Below, in pieces: positions 40,301-52,929 of a stretch of 64,000 nucleotides of DNA. Position numbers and translations under genes: made by a program. The notes beneath the pieces were generated by a model. That model did not search any database. It was given only the letters and a program-made list of their open reading frames with translations, and was not told where the DNA came from. Origin of the DNA: the human T2T-CHM13v2.0 reference genome, Homo sapiens; the NCBI RefSeq assembly GCF_009914755.1, contig NC_060935.1. One strand, 5' to 3'. How positions within the stretch are numbered: the first letter of the stretch is position 1; each line of letters opens with the position of its first letter.

Positions 40301-40796
40301 TAAATTAAAATTAAAAACTCAAAAGTATGATCTAAGACTTCCTAGGATGCTTCTCTCATGCAGGTCATGGTTGAAAAATCAGGTTTTGCTATCTCAGAAT
40401 CTAAACTGTAAAACCATTTTTATTCTTTGAACATTAACAGTACTAATCAGATAAGGAAAAAAGACCCTCTGTGCACACTGACATTATCTTGCACACGTTA
40501 TAATACACCATTCCTGACATTTCTGTAACACACAGTGCTGAAAATCACATGCCTCTAACCATGTGGAAGAAGTAACTGTCTGACATACTTTTGCTTTCAT
40601 TATTACTTTCTTACACATTCTGCTCAAGCAGTACTTTGCCAACATCCTAAATGGGTGACTGACAGGGCTGAAAACAGAGAAATGGACTTTGCAGGCTCCT
40701 TCTTTAACTAAAGGGGCAAATTTCAAATTTACATCGTTTGCATCTATTACTGCTCCAAATGTGGTAACCTACTCCTCTGTCCCCACTCACGTTAGT

Positions 40797-40804
40797 TAAC
40801 AGTC
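40797..40804 (-). promoter_or_regulatory. miR-132/212 8mer seed site (GACUGUUA)
   Basis: TAACAGTC on the + strand; p250GAP/ARHGAP32 is an established miR-132 target. Confidence 0.65.
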
Positions 40805-43770
40805 CCTCCTCTCTACAGAATTAGTCCTAGAATTTTTCAACCTGACCCTAAATTTTAAAAAATGCTTTGCCATTGTAAGAAATGTGCAGGCCCTAGTCGT
40901 GGGACCATCCCAGGGACTTGCAGGTTTGAAACGAAATTGAATATAGTAAGAAATAAGGCTCCAATGAAATTTATTAATAAGAAAATGGCACCTCTGGGAT
41001 TGTTAGCAAAATTTTTAGCCAGACGTCCAGGGAATATTTATTTCAATCAGACCAAACTGTGGAATCAGAATTTTGCCAAAAAGATAAAATCTGGAGGCAT
41101 GGCTATGAAAATGTCAATAGGATTAAATCACGGGTTTAATGTATAAGGCAGCTCCATTTCCTTGATCATAATGCTCCATGTCAAAATTTGAAAGTAATAA
41201 CATTCAGTTACCCCATTTGTGAAGTCCCCCATTTGTGAAGTCACACACAAGGTGGACTGTGCTGAGGTATCCGGCTCACAGTGATTTGCCATCCGGTTTC
41301 CACCCCACAACATTAGAAAGGGAAAGATGCCGGAAAAGTGTTTCAAATAACTGAATCCAAAGTTAAGGCTGTTGCTAGCATGCATTAAATGAAGCAACTC
41401 TAGATTTGATCTGAAGTTTGTGTTTCACGCTTGTAACAGTAATTGCAATCATCATTCTGTATTCAAATATTTACCTGATATTTCTAAACCCACAGGACAT
41501 TTATTAATAAAGAAATTGTTTCGAGGAATTAACCCTACTATTTATAAAATAGGTTTTAGTTTCAGGACTAAACAATGTGTGTGACAACAAATCCACAAAT
41601 ATTAAAACTGGACCGGACTCCCTGGGTTACTTTCTTTAGGCTCTCAGTTACTTAAAGCCGTGTGTATCTCCTGGTCACAGCAGCCCCTCTTCCTAATCTC
41701 CATGCTGCTGGTGAGAACTTACAGGGCTGGTGTGGTCTCCAAGGGGCAATGGGTTGCCTACTTGACAAGAATATGATTAAGGTAAAAAAAATTAGTGCCA
41801 CATATTCACCAAAGGTCATACTCCTGTATGTAGCACCCAGGGTGTTTTTGTGCCAAAGGGAAGTATCCTATCAGGTTTCCTAGCACTTTGACTGTAAAAC
41901 AGTTGGTTCTGCACTTTTAATGTAGAGGCCTCAATTTCCACAGACCTTTTCACATATGGGTGTTTCAAGGTTTCTACTACAGTTTTTACTGCATCCCTCC
42001 AATGAATTCTAAGGGAACAAAAGAAAACCTTATAGAATATTTCCACATATCAATGTGTTGTTCTTGAAACATTTTATTTTTTTCTAAATATAAACCCTTA
42101 AAATGCACATTATTTTTTAAAATAAAAACTGGCATGAATCCTAATCTTTATACAATTTCACAGCAATAATAGCAGCATGATTTTAGCCTCTTAAAAGATT
42201 TCCTCCTTTGCTCTAAATAAAAATTAATTTCAAGTTCTAAAAAGCCAGAGCAGCAACCATCCAGTAATTGGAATGCAATTCTCCTAGTGTCTTCTACAGA
42301 CCGAGCATTTAAAATACGTGAATGTATAAAACTTGAGTATTATTAAGAGTTATGGAATGAAATGACAATCTAAACTCGTTTTGTAAACATAGGACTGCCT
42401 TGCTAGTCTGATGTATTTTGGGGGGTGGAGGGAGCTGAGAACATAGAATGGAGTTGGGCTAGAGAGTTCCTACTCTAATAAGGAATGCAACTTTCAAAAC
42501 TCGTGGGTGTTAAACATGTTTTACATGTCTCCAGAGTTATAAAGAGCTATACCTGAAATGCTGGTGTAGATGGTAATTACAAGAAGACTGTGACCACACA
42601 AGTATAGAGTAAGCAAACGACAGTAATGCCTTAGGACAGCAATAACTGCCCAGAACTCCACTGGTGAAACGGGGCTGTGAACTAAGCAGTTATTGCAGGA
42701 ACTTGCAGTCTAATAATAGATAATGCGTAGCTACTTAAATTCCCAGGGACCCCGTACTCTGGTTTAGGAACAGAAACAAACATGGAAATTTATATTCATA
42801 ATAAATTATGCGTGTCTATCCAGTCAAACCATGCTGGGCTTTTTTTTTTTTTTTTTTTTTAATGAAAGAAAGTTGATAATTTAGGAAAACCAATGGTATG
42901 ACATGTTTTACTAGAATTACAATTCACCAAATCTTATTGAGGGGTGGGGTAAGAAGAAAACCTGAAGGCAGGCAATGCATTAAAAGCATCAATAGAGATT
43001 TCTGGTGCTAATAAAGTTCACTGACAATAAGAACTTTACTTTCTTCCACCTAAAGAAGTTTCCTTAAGTACTAACTTTTAAAAGTCCATTCTGTCATGAT
43101 ATGAGCCTGTTCACTGAACCGTGAGGAACAAGGATGAAAAATAAGAATAGAAAGAGTATGGTTCAGCCTGAGTCTAAGTGGTCTGGTGTTTTATGATGAC
43201 TCTACCAAATGTTTAATTTAAAGTCTTAATTTCTTATTTTTAATTATAATGTTGCCAACTGTCTGACTGACCTTGAAGGATCAGGGATTTTTCCACGACT
43301 CTAACTGAACACAAGATCCTTCTCAGACGGGGAGAATGAAGTGACAACAGTGTGTCGATCTGCGCAAGTTGTGCAGCTACTGAAGGAGAAGCAGGAACAC
43401 AACAGGGAATGCAGACGCCTACCAGGAAATCGATGTGAACTGCTCTCAATTATGCAGCAAATACTAAGAAGAAAGGACAATGCTGAATTCAAATTCAGTT
43501 AAAGGCAGTCCTCAGGCTCTTTCAAGCTAGCCCTAGATGGCAAGTGTGTCCTGAGACAGGTTTCTCTACTGGGTTTCAGCACGGGGCTTTACCATCCTTC
43601 AGATCTTTTCTAAAGACAAAAATGACAAAGTCTATAGATGGAAGAGGGGGTAATGAAGCAGGGAAGGGGAAAAAGATGCTGATTTGTTTACTTTTATTAT
43701 CATTTTTTAAATGTGGTCAGGGGTTTTATAGTATTTTTTGTTTAATCTTTTTGGTTATTGAAAAAAATAG

Positions 43771-43777
43771 AACAGTC
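43771..43777 (-). promoter_or_regulatory. miR-132/212 7mer-m8 site
   Basis: AACAGTC on the + strand, about 45 nt after the stop codon. Confidence 0.55.
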
Positions 43778-43820
43778 CACTGTCCAGCAGAGGCTGCTTC
43801 AACTCTATTGCTCGCAGGGC

Positions 43821-46073
43821 TCATTCTGCATGGATCTGTGTTTCAGGATGCTGCAAGGACAACTCTGCGGGCAGGAAGGCCCCTTGACCCAACGCTGTAG
43901 CATAGGTCCTGCTCTGTGGATGGGGAAAGCCAGGGGGCACATACGTCCCCATGCCGCCCCCTCCAAAGACTCCTCGCTGGTGCTGAGGCAGGGAGTGGTA
44001 ATCTTCCAGGTTATCATACTGGGACACAACAGTCACACTGCTCTGGCGCTTGCCGTGTGGTTGGTACTGGTACAGCACACTGGGGTCCCTCTCCACGTTC
44101 TGGGTATGATGGAGTTTGAGGCTATGACTCCTCTCTGGTTTAGGGGGTGGGACGATTGACTGAGTGAGGTGTTCTTCCTCCTTGTAGCAGTCTCTGGAGT
44201 GTTTCTCTGGGGCAGAAGGCTGCCTAACCCAGGGTCGCTCCATCTCTTTGGAGAGCCTTACCTCTTTGTGGTTCAGTCTTAAAGATTCTTGCCCGGATGC
44301 AGCATATTTTACTCCAGAGTTGTGGTAGCTGACTGGCTCAGAAGTGTCTGGAATCCCTTTGGACCCATAATCTAACTGGCCAGCTCCCTGGGGATAAGGG
44401 GGCCCATTCTTTGACTCACAGAACTGCCTATGGCTTGCTTCTTGGTGTGCCCTGTGCTCAGGAAGACTGCAGCCCATGTCAGGAAGCTTCCTGCTCCTCA
44501 GGCTGCTCTGCTTCTGAGGCAGGGATGGCTTCTCCGGCTGCGTGCTACCATGGCCTCCGTGATGGTGGGCTCTGTCCATCTCTGCCTCGGGATGCCTCCT
44601 ATAGAAGCGGTCCTCTCCCTCGGGACTGATGGCCTTGGCTGCATGGCGGCTCTCCTTTCCTTCTGCCACTGAGAGAAGTCCAGTTTTCCCAGGATCTGAT
44701 TTACTACGCAGATGGATGACATAGATCCCACCCAAGTCGTCCTGCACCGCCGGGGTCATGTTATCATATTGGGACATGACAGGCCCTTTCACCTTCTGCC
44801 GAGCACGGCTCTCTCTCCGGATGGACTGCATGCGGTATTTTTCCATGTCCTCAAGATCCCATGAGGTGTAGGTGTGCTTCACATCAGCAGCCGGAGGCAT
44901 GCTGACTACATTATGGTCGTTGGGAGAGAAATAGCCAGTCACGTTGGCCCGGGGACGTGGAGCCAAACCAGCATAACTGTACAAGCTCTTTCCTTGCAGC
45001 CTAGGATTGTAGAAAGCAAAGTCTCGATTGGGAAGGCGGTGAAGGGGTCTCAACTGGACTGTGCCATAGGCATCCACATCACACAGGGCCCCATCTGGAC
45101 TGTAATAGGAACTAGAAGAACTGGAATATGGGCTATACCTGTAGTGGACCCGGCCATTCTCAAAGTAAGGCTGAAGCTGAGTGACATGATAATCTGAGCG
45201 GGCCTGGGAGGACTGATATGGCTTATATTGGTACAGAGGTCTTGGGCAGTAGGCTGGCTCATCATCTGGGGGAACTTCTGTCCGTGAAATGGGAACAGAG
45301 CGAATCATGGAAGACGGCGGAGCATGGAGAGACTGCACTCTCCGGATGGTAGGGTACGGTGGAATGTCTTCGGGGTAACAGGTATTCCTGACAGAGGAGC
45401 TCAAAGAAGACACATACTCGACCCGGCTGCATGGCTTGGAGTGGTGTCCAGATGCGTTTCTTCCTGGGGCCACATATGTGTTATAACGAAGACCCATGGA
45501 GGCTGGTGGCTCTGACCTGGCACCATACACTTGGTGCTGCTCCAATTTATTGTGATGGGGAGGTACACTCTGGGGACGGTACTGGCAGTTTGGAGTCATA
45601 TTGAAATGCAAACAGTTATCTGGACCAAAGGGTTCAGTGGTGACATCGGGCCTAGCAAAGGAGGAGTAAACTGTTTTCTGAGAAGCATGCTTAGGTTGTG
45701 GGACAGGAAGTGGTAAAGGCAATGCATCGTCCACAGAGGTGGATGAAGCAGTGACAAAGGAATGATAATTTGAACTGCTGGTGGCATCTGCACTGCTGGA
45801 GTGTATGGCAGCAATCATCTTACTCTCCATCATCCTGGTGGGGGGCAGTGGTGCAGGAAAGCCACAGGGATGCGCAGGGACAGACTCGGCGCGCAGGTGC
45901 AGCAGCGGGACCCGGGCACCGTCCCGCACTTTCTCAGGCAGGCCTGGCTGGACAGCTGTAGCCATGGGACACTGAGCAGCAGCAGCACCACTGTCACTGA
46001 TGAAGGCAGACGCAGGGTCATCCATGGCTCGAGGTTCAGGTGGCCTCTCTGGAACTGGAACTACTCCTTGAAC
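43821..46073 (-). CDS. ARHGAP32: ARHGAP32 last exon coding part; includes the RSKSDP 14-3-3 motif (44691-44708)
   Basis: TAG acceptor, then VQGVVPVPERPPEPRA in frame with the 734-aa ORF; TGA at 43821-43823. Confidence 0.97.
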   Translation of the reverse strand, partial: VQGVVPVPERPPEPRAMDDPASAFISDSGAAAAQCPMATAVQPGLPEKVRDGARVPLLHLRAESVPAHPCGFPAPLPPTRMMESKMIAAIHSSSADATSSSNYHSFVTASSTSVDDALPLPLPVPQPKHASQKTVYSSFARPDVTTEPFGPDNCLHFNMTPNCQYRPQSVPPHHNKLEQHQVYGARSEPPASMGLRYNTYVAPGRNASGHHSKPCSRVEYVSSLSSSVRNTCYPEDIPPYPTIRRVQSLHAPPSSMIRSVPISRTEVPPDDEPAYCPRPLYQYKPYQSSQARSDYHVTQLQPYFENGRVHYRYSPYSSSSSSYYSPDGALCDVDAYGTVQLRPLHRLPNRDFAFYNPRLQGKSLYSYAGLAPRPRANVTGYFSPNDHNVVSMPPAADVKHTYTSWDLEDMEKYRMQSIRRESRARQKVKGPVMSQYDNMTPAVQDDLGGIYVIHLRSKSDPGKTGLLSVAEGKESRHAAKAISPEGEDRFYRRHPEAEMDRAHHHGGHGSTQPEKPSLPQKQSSLRSRKLPDMGCSLPEHRAHQEASHRQFCESKNGPPYPQGAGQLDYGSKGIPDTSEPVSYHNSGVKYAASGQESLRLNHKEVRLSKEMERPWVRQPSAPEKHSRDCYKEEEHLTQSIVPPPKPERSHSLKLHHTQNVERDPSVLYQYQPHGKRQSSVTVVSQYDNLEDYHSLPQHQRGVFGGGGMGTYVPPGFPHPQSRTYATALGQGAFLPAELSLQHPETQIHAE

Positions 46074-47366
46074 CTATTGAAAGATGATAATACTATGGGT
46101 CTATTTTTTGTTCCCTCTATGAATCAAGTACTATTAAATTTGTAACTCACAAATTAAGGCTGGTTGGGTAGCAGCTTGAACTTTCCCAAGCCATGTGGTT
46201 GCAATGAATCTGTACCCATTTCTAGGAAAAGAAGGCTTGTGCTGCTATTTTGTACAACACCCAGTATTATCTTTGGAGAACCATTCAAAGTTTTCTAATT
46301 TATGAGAGGTTTTAAATGCGAGATGAGGTTGCCTATGGCATAATTTTAATATACAAACCAAAAGAGAGGTTTAGTCAAGTAATGCTGTAGAGCTTAAAAA
46401 TACATACCCGGTCTATTAGTCTAGCTCAGTCTCAACACAAAGGACATCTTGTTAAATTAAGAGTTAATTCTATCATCTGGGGAGACTTTTGAAATTCACA
46501 GTTGTACACAGTTAGCAGTTTTAGGGCTTCAAACATAGGGAAAGGCAATATTCAAATCAGAAGCTACTGCCTCTCTCCTACCTTTGATTCCACCTTAGTC
46601 TGGCCAAAGATAATCCTCATACTGAAAACATGCTATCCTTGAGAAGCAGTAAACACAGCATCCTCCACTAAGGTCTAAAATCTTAAGTCCTATTAATAGT
46701 TCAAGGTGACCATATAGAAGAAAAACAACCTGTGGCACTTTCTTAAAATATGAGGAAATTCAGGAAGAAACCTTAGCATTCTGCATACTACATTCTCTCA
46801 TTGAAACAGGCACCTGACTATGGGACAAACTGCTGGTGAATGCTAGGAAAGTAACAAAAAATCCCAAGGCACTATAATCTCTTATACTTCCAAAAAGTCT
46901 GCAAGGCAGACAGTCTTACGAATGTTTTGAGAATGAAGTATTTTCATTGTGTAACTGTGAATAATTGGCAGAGGGTAGGTAAATGACTTGCCCAAAGTCA
47001 CAATGAGTCAGTGATGGAGTTGGAAAAAAATAAGAAAAAGCAACCCACAACCGTAAAGCCCACTTTGTCTCATTTGATCCTGATCTCTTTGTGTTACTGG
47101 AATAAACTACCGAGACACTTTAGGAAGAAAAGGGAGCAGGTACAGTTAAGCTATAGTCATCTAGGAGCTACTCCTTTCCTGGGGAAAAGCCAGCATCAAG
47201 GTAATGGCAGACTCCAACCTCAAATGGGAACTATCTCATGGAAACCAGCCACAGGGCTTAAAAGTAATTGTTGTGTCTGACTCAAAGATAACAACACACC
47301 CTGCTGAAAAGTGACATACCTTTGGTAATAGTATATTTCATCTCACTGATATCTTCCCCTTCTTAC

Positions 47367-48346
47367 CTTGTGGGAATTATTTAATCCTATATTGGTTGCT
47401 GCTTGTACCTGCCCCACAACTGGTGGCTGCTCTGCAGATCTCTGGGAAGGCGGAGGGGGAAGGGGACGATTAGTTCTGTGCGTGCGCTGAAGTGTGGCAG
47501 CAGCAAAATCAGCAGTGGTGGGTTGTTCAGCCACATCCCAGCTGGCTTCCTTGGTGCTCATTTGGGCTGTTGCTGGAGTAGTTGTCATGTAAGTCATGGT
47601 GGCTGTGCTGGTATTCTCTTCGGGGGACCCAGAAGGAGGGTAGATTTTATCGCTAGGTAAATTAGGAGGTGTGGGAGATTTGTCTGCAAATTCTAAAGGG
47701 TGATGGAGTTTATCCACACTTGCACCAAGATAAGAAGGAGGCTGATCTCCACTGTAGAAACGGGGTGGAGACTGGTCCTGATCCAAGAAGGAGACAGTTG
47801 GCATACTGTTCTTCCCAGACTGGTCTTCAGGGAAACTTACATGATCATCAGACTTCTCTGAGTCTAAGGGAACTGAAGTAATTCTGGCCTTTTCTGGGTC
47901 CCCAGATAAATATGCTTGATGTGGCTGATTCCCTGTTAAGTCTACTTGGTGATGTTGCTCCCCAGATTCAGTTGTGTTGGAATGGGTAGGATCCCCAGTA
48001 GCTGTTGTCTCTGGTAGAGGATGGTCACAGTTTCCTGGTGCATTATTCTGGAGGTGGAACTGCTCTGCTGGTCGATCGGTTTGGAAATAGGCCTTATCTA
48101 GAGCAACTGCAGAGTAAGAACTGGACAGATTATCTTCAGTTGTAGCCACCGCTATGTCTCCATAATTTGTATACCCAGCCTGAGAGGTCCCTGGTCTCTT
48201 CAATGACTGAGTTGAGGCTTGCTGTGCGGACTCAGCTAATGCTAGCGCCAACATTCGGGCAACATTTTTCGGAGGCGGTGGTGGTGGGATAAGAGAGACT
48301 GAACTGACAGGAACGGAATCCTGAGGGGGGTCATGGGTAACTGCTC
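47367..48346 (-). CDS. ARHGAP32: ARHGAP32 penultimate exon, proline-rich (RPLPPPP SH3 ligand)
   Basis: 980 nt, phase 1/0; AAG|GTAAGA donor; in frame with ORF 47343..48254. Confidence 0.96.
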
Positions 48347-49037
48347 CTAGTGGGAAATTGGGAAAAAAAATGAGAGTGAAAAGGTAGCTTACGTTATCCT
48401 AAATGGAAAGCCAAACACTCCCCATGTGATCATTAAAAAATAGGTGCCTTCCATATTTCAAAATGGCAATCCATGATCTTCTATCCCACATGCAAATGCT
48501 GTTGAAAACACATCTGGTTCAGAAGGAAAACTAAAACAAACAGTGTATAAAGACTGCAATCTCTTCTTGAATTGTTACAGAGATGGGGGGGAAAAAAAGC
48601 ATGTCCCTCACCTGGCTCAGAAAAGATTGCTTAGAAAACAAGCTTCAAGTGCTTGTAGACTGTTATTATGAACAGTTTTTACATTTGATGGTGTAGCTGG
48701 CTTGTTAACTTGGAAGGCTACAATAAAGATATTTTATTAGAAGAGAAAAACAGAATCAAGAGCTACGCAGTTGTGCAAAAATTATCCACGAATTCTCACC
48801 GTCCAAAGAGATAAGGGGACTTTTGTGAAGATTTGAAGCAGGACCATTGGCCCTTTTGGGGAGTTTTGTTTGACTGCTTTTAATTTAGGGCTCTGAGCCA
48901 TCAGCACCACCCAGAAAAGCATTCTCTTTGATTAAAGGCTAGCTGTGGACAAATTTCTCTCTTAAAAGGCACAGATGGCACACAGGATTGAAGATCCCTC
49001 TTAACTTAAAGAAAGAATGGAGGAAAACAAACGGTAC

Positions 49038-49916
49038 CTGTCTGAGTCTGTCCAGAAGCTACAGCCTTACTCTGACTGCTTGAGACAGACTGATCCTCTT
49101 TCCCTGGCAATTCTACTTCTTCAGCAGCCACCTGGTCCAGGGGCTGGACTTCAGATTCATATGCTTCTTGGGCAACTGTCTCATTTGTTTTCATCTTTAC
49201 TATCTGGGTGGGGGATCTATTTGTGGCATCCCTTTCTTCAACGCATTTGTCCCAGGTTGAAGATGATGCATTCTGAGCTGTGGTATTTGAGACTGTACCA
49301 ATGACTTCTGACACCCGTGGTGGTAGGGTCACTGAAATTGGCTCAGATATGCTCATAGAAGGTGATTTGCTTAATTTCCGTCCTATCTTCGGAGAGAAAG
49401 CATAGACGACCTTTTCAGTAAAGGAGGATGGCTTAGATGATTTATCTTCAGTTGGGCTCAAGTCCAGGGTAAAGAATGGACTCAGTTTCTCCTGAAGAGG
49501 AGAGACAGGTTCAGAGCTTGCTGTGCTTCCTGGAGTCTGACATTGGCTACTACCTGTTTCTGCATCCTTTTTATTGGCACTTGGTTTATCCTTGGAGTAT
49601 CCTGGTGAATCTAAAAAGGAAGCACCACTCTCCAGACATTCTGATTCGGCCTTAGGAGGACTACATTGAAATGACATTGGATCAAAATCCAGGCTGGCTA
49701 CTCCAATGTCTGGTGGGCTCAAGTCAACATCCTCAGCTGAATGAGGAGACATAAGGGCTGGGATATGAAGCAGCCCTCCTTCCTCCTCACTCTCATTGTC
49801 ATGAGGCAGATTATCATAGGAGTTACAGCGGTTCCCCAGCATTTCTCCATTAAAAGAGGCAGACAGTGCATCACTGGAAGATCTGGGTCTTCTGGGTCGG
49901 AAGAGCTTAGAATCAC
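49038..49916 (-). CDS. ARHGAP32: ARHGAP32 exon
   Basis: 879 nt, phase 1/1; covers the ORF 49006..49842 frame; DSKLFRPRRPRSSSDALS... Confidence 0.96.
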
Positions 49917-50680
49917 CTGGAAAAAATGAATAACAGTGTCAAAGTAAGAACATCGTAGATACAGAATGCTGTGGTAAGTCACCTACTCAGCACAGCAGTA
50001 ACTTACTATCTAGGTGAAGGAAGTGTTACTTCTCATTTTCTTTCTGAAAATTCTTTCAGTGCACACAGATCATTTACACTTGAGATAACAGAACTCCAAA
50101 ACCAAATGCTAAATAGCAAACATGTGATAGAATCAGAGGGCGAATGCAGTATTTCATGGTCTGGAGAGGAAAAGAACTCAGAATGCTTGGATTCTATTAC
50201 TAATCCAACACTGATTCTTGGTGTGACTTTGGGCAAGTTTTTCATTTCTTTGTGTCTTATTTTATCACTGGCCTCATATGACTTATGAGGTGGAATTAAT
50301 CACTTTGAGTGGCATTTTGAATCTATAATAGCAAAATGGATGTTTTTTTTGTGGGGAAACATCCTTACAATATTCAAATTTCTAAATAAATTGAACTTCT
50401 CAATTAAAAAATCTTCATAATCCCATAAAGTATTTACATATATTTAGTAAAAAATTCCTTTCAGATACTAAACAAGAACTTCATTTTTTTCTTTAAGAAT
50501 AGGTTTTAAGTTTCCCAAGCAGTCTTCAAGAGTGGCAGAGAGTATTACATAATTTTACGATGTTGCTAAATATCCAACTGGTAAAAAAGAAACTCTCTAT
50601 TCTATTAGGATTATTTTAATTGCCATAGTTAAAAAGTAATTTAAAGAGGCAGAAACTATCTTAATAAATATAAATATATT

Positions 50681-50990
50681 GGCCGGTCACAGCGGTTCAT
50701 GCCTGTGATCCCAGCACTTTGGGAAGCTGAGGTGGGCAGATCACCTGAGGTCAGGAGTTCGAGACTAGCCTGGCCTAAGTGGCAAAACCCCGTATCTACT
50801 AAAAATATAAAAACTGCTTAATTATACACTTTATAAAATTATGCTCCCGGGCATGGTGGCGCATGCCTGTAGTCCCAGCTATTTGGGAGGCTGAGGCAAG
50901 ATAATCACTTAAACCGGGAGTTAGAGGTTGCAGTGATCCAAGATTGCGCCACTGTACTCCAAACTGGGCAACAAAGCGAGACTCTGTCTA
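50681..50990 (+). mobile_element. AluS with about 35 nt of extra sequence in the mid-linker
   Basis: Left arm, then CTGCTTAATTATACACTTTATAAAATTATGCT, then right arm; (TA)n tail. Confidence 0.9.
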
Positions 50991-51472
50991 ACATATATAT
51001 ATATATATATATTCACAAATGTATTGATCACCCATAAAATTAATTCCTTACAAATATCTTCTGCTTAACACTAGTATCCACCTAGCTTGCTGCATTGTTT
51101 TGTAGGTTATCTTGACTAGTTTAATTGAAAATCTTGGAAAACTCATATGCTCCCATTGTAAAATCTAAAGGAAACAGTAATAACACAAGTTTTCACTAGA
51201 TATTAATAAATATAAATAGTTAACTTGAAATATTTTGGCTACTTTTATGTAAACTGAATAGCAGTCATGCCAAAAATGAAAAGATTAAAGACTGCTTCCA
51301 TGTGAAAGCATCAATGAATTTTAATCTGAATAATACTAAATAGACACTAGTATTCCTAGGAAATGAGTTAATAGCCTATTTATTAAGCACAGATATATAA
51401 AAATATACTCAATTGCAGTATTCCTTTATGCAATATATTATAGAATAAAATGACTGATGCTTTTAGTCTTAC

Positions 51473-51544
51473 CATCAACTGCATGGAGAGATGTAAGAGA
51501 CTCCTCACTTTTAGCTGAACGGAGGGTTCCTTCTGCCCTGCCAC
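51473..51544 (-). CDS. ARHGAP32: ARHGAP32 exon (72 nt, symmetric)
   Basis: Phase 1/1; GRAEGTLRSAKSEESLTSLHAVD; G|GTAAG donor. Confidence 0.94.
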
Positions 51545-51649
51545 CTGAAGAATAAAAAACAAATAGTGTGAAGATTTCTTATTTGTTACATATGTGGTTA
51601 ATGGGATCGGTGTTTTTCTTGATACATTTAAACTTTTGAGAGTGATTAG

Positions 51650-51748
51650 CTGTACATTTTGACAGCAATTTAGTACTCTATTACATAATGTGTTATACTG
51701 CACATTTTGACAGCAATTTAGTACTCTATTATATAATGTGTTATACTG
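51650..51748 (+). repeat. 48-bp tandem duplication
   Basis: ACATTTTGACAGCAATTTAGTACTCTATTAYATAATGTGTTATACTG twice, 2 mismatches over the span. Confidence 0.93.
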
Positions 51749-51859
51749 TTCTCAAATGGTTTCCCGTGTGAAAAATCTCTTTTCTAAAGGATTATGAATT
51801 TGAGCAGAGAGATTAACTAAGATGCTTCTTTCTTTTACATTTCCTAAAGACCAATATGA

Positions 51860-52181
51860 TATCTTGAATGACATCATACTGGATTTAGAGTGGGCCCTAC
51901 ACCCAATGACTGGTGTCCTCGTAAGAAAACACAGAGATGGCCATGTGGAGATGGAGGCAAAGATTGGAGGGATGCTGCCACACATCAAGGAATGCCAGCA
52001 GCCACCAGGAGCTTGGAAAGGCAAGGAAGGATTTTTCCCTGGAGCCTCTGGAGCAAGCACAGCCCTGCTGGTACCTTGACTTCAGACTTTGAGCTTCTAG
52101 AACCATGAGGGAAAAAAATTCTGTTGTTTTTTACCACTTGACTTGTGGTAATTTGTTATGGGAACTCTGGGATACTAACAC
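51860..52181 (+). mobile_element. MLT1B/C-like LTR fragment
   Basis: CCAATGACTGGTGTCCT, GGAGATGGAGGCAAAGATTGGAG, CAAGGAATGCCAGCAGCCACCAGGAGCT. Confidence 0.8.
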
Positions 52182-52587
52182 AGGTAACTTTACGTACATA
52201 TGTGAATCTTATTCGCTAAATATCTTCATCCTCTTTAACCCCTTGGCAGCACTACGAACACTTTCTTTTTAACCCCCTCCTCCCCTGCTGAGGATAGCAT
52301 GCATCTCTTTTTTTCTCTGCCTACCTTTGTAATCATTTCTTCTTACTCTCCTCTCATGACAATTCTTCCTTTCCCACCTTTAAACATTGCTTCTCTCCAG
52401 CATTCAGCCCTCAGCTGGCTTCTTTTCACTCTGCTCCCATCTCCTGAAATACCATTCTTAGTCTCCTGTCAGTTAGGTGAATCCCTACTTCTCCTTGAAA
52501 ACCCATATCAAAGGTTGTTATTTCCTAACCACTAGTCCCTCCTCTACAAGAGTTGACAATTCCTACCACAACTGTCTCATGTAACTA

Positions 52588-52929
<342 letters not shown>

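Larger units (their letters stand above)
39980..43820 (-). other. ARHGAP32: ARHGAP32 3'UTR (distal end approximate)
   Basis: AU-rich, with no recognisable transposon. Candidate AATAAA at 42073-42078, 40419-40424 and 39580-39585; GU-rich element near 39947-39972. Confidence 0.7.

Noticed and set aside
42840-42866. Genomic A21 on the mRNA strand, beginning within ATTAAA, as a poly(A) site
   Set aside because: It is a templated A-run, so apparent 3' ends here would probably be internal oligo-dT priming.
43544-46145. Multiple plus-strand ORFs overlapping the ARHGAP32 last exon
   Set aside because: Antisense shadows of a long coding exon.
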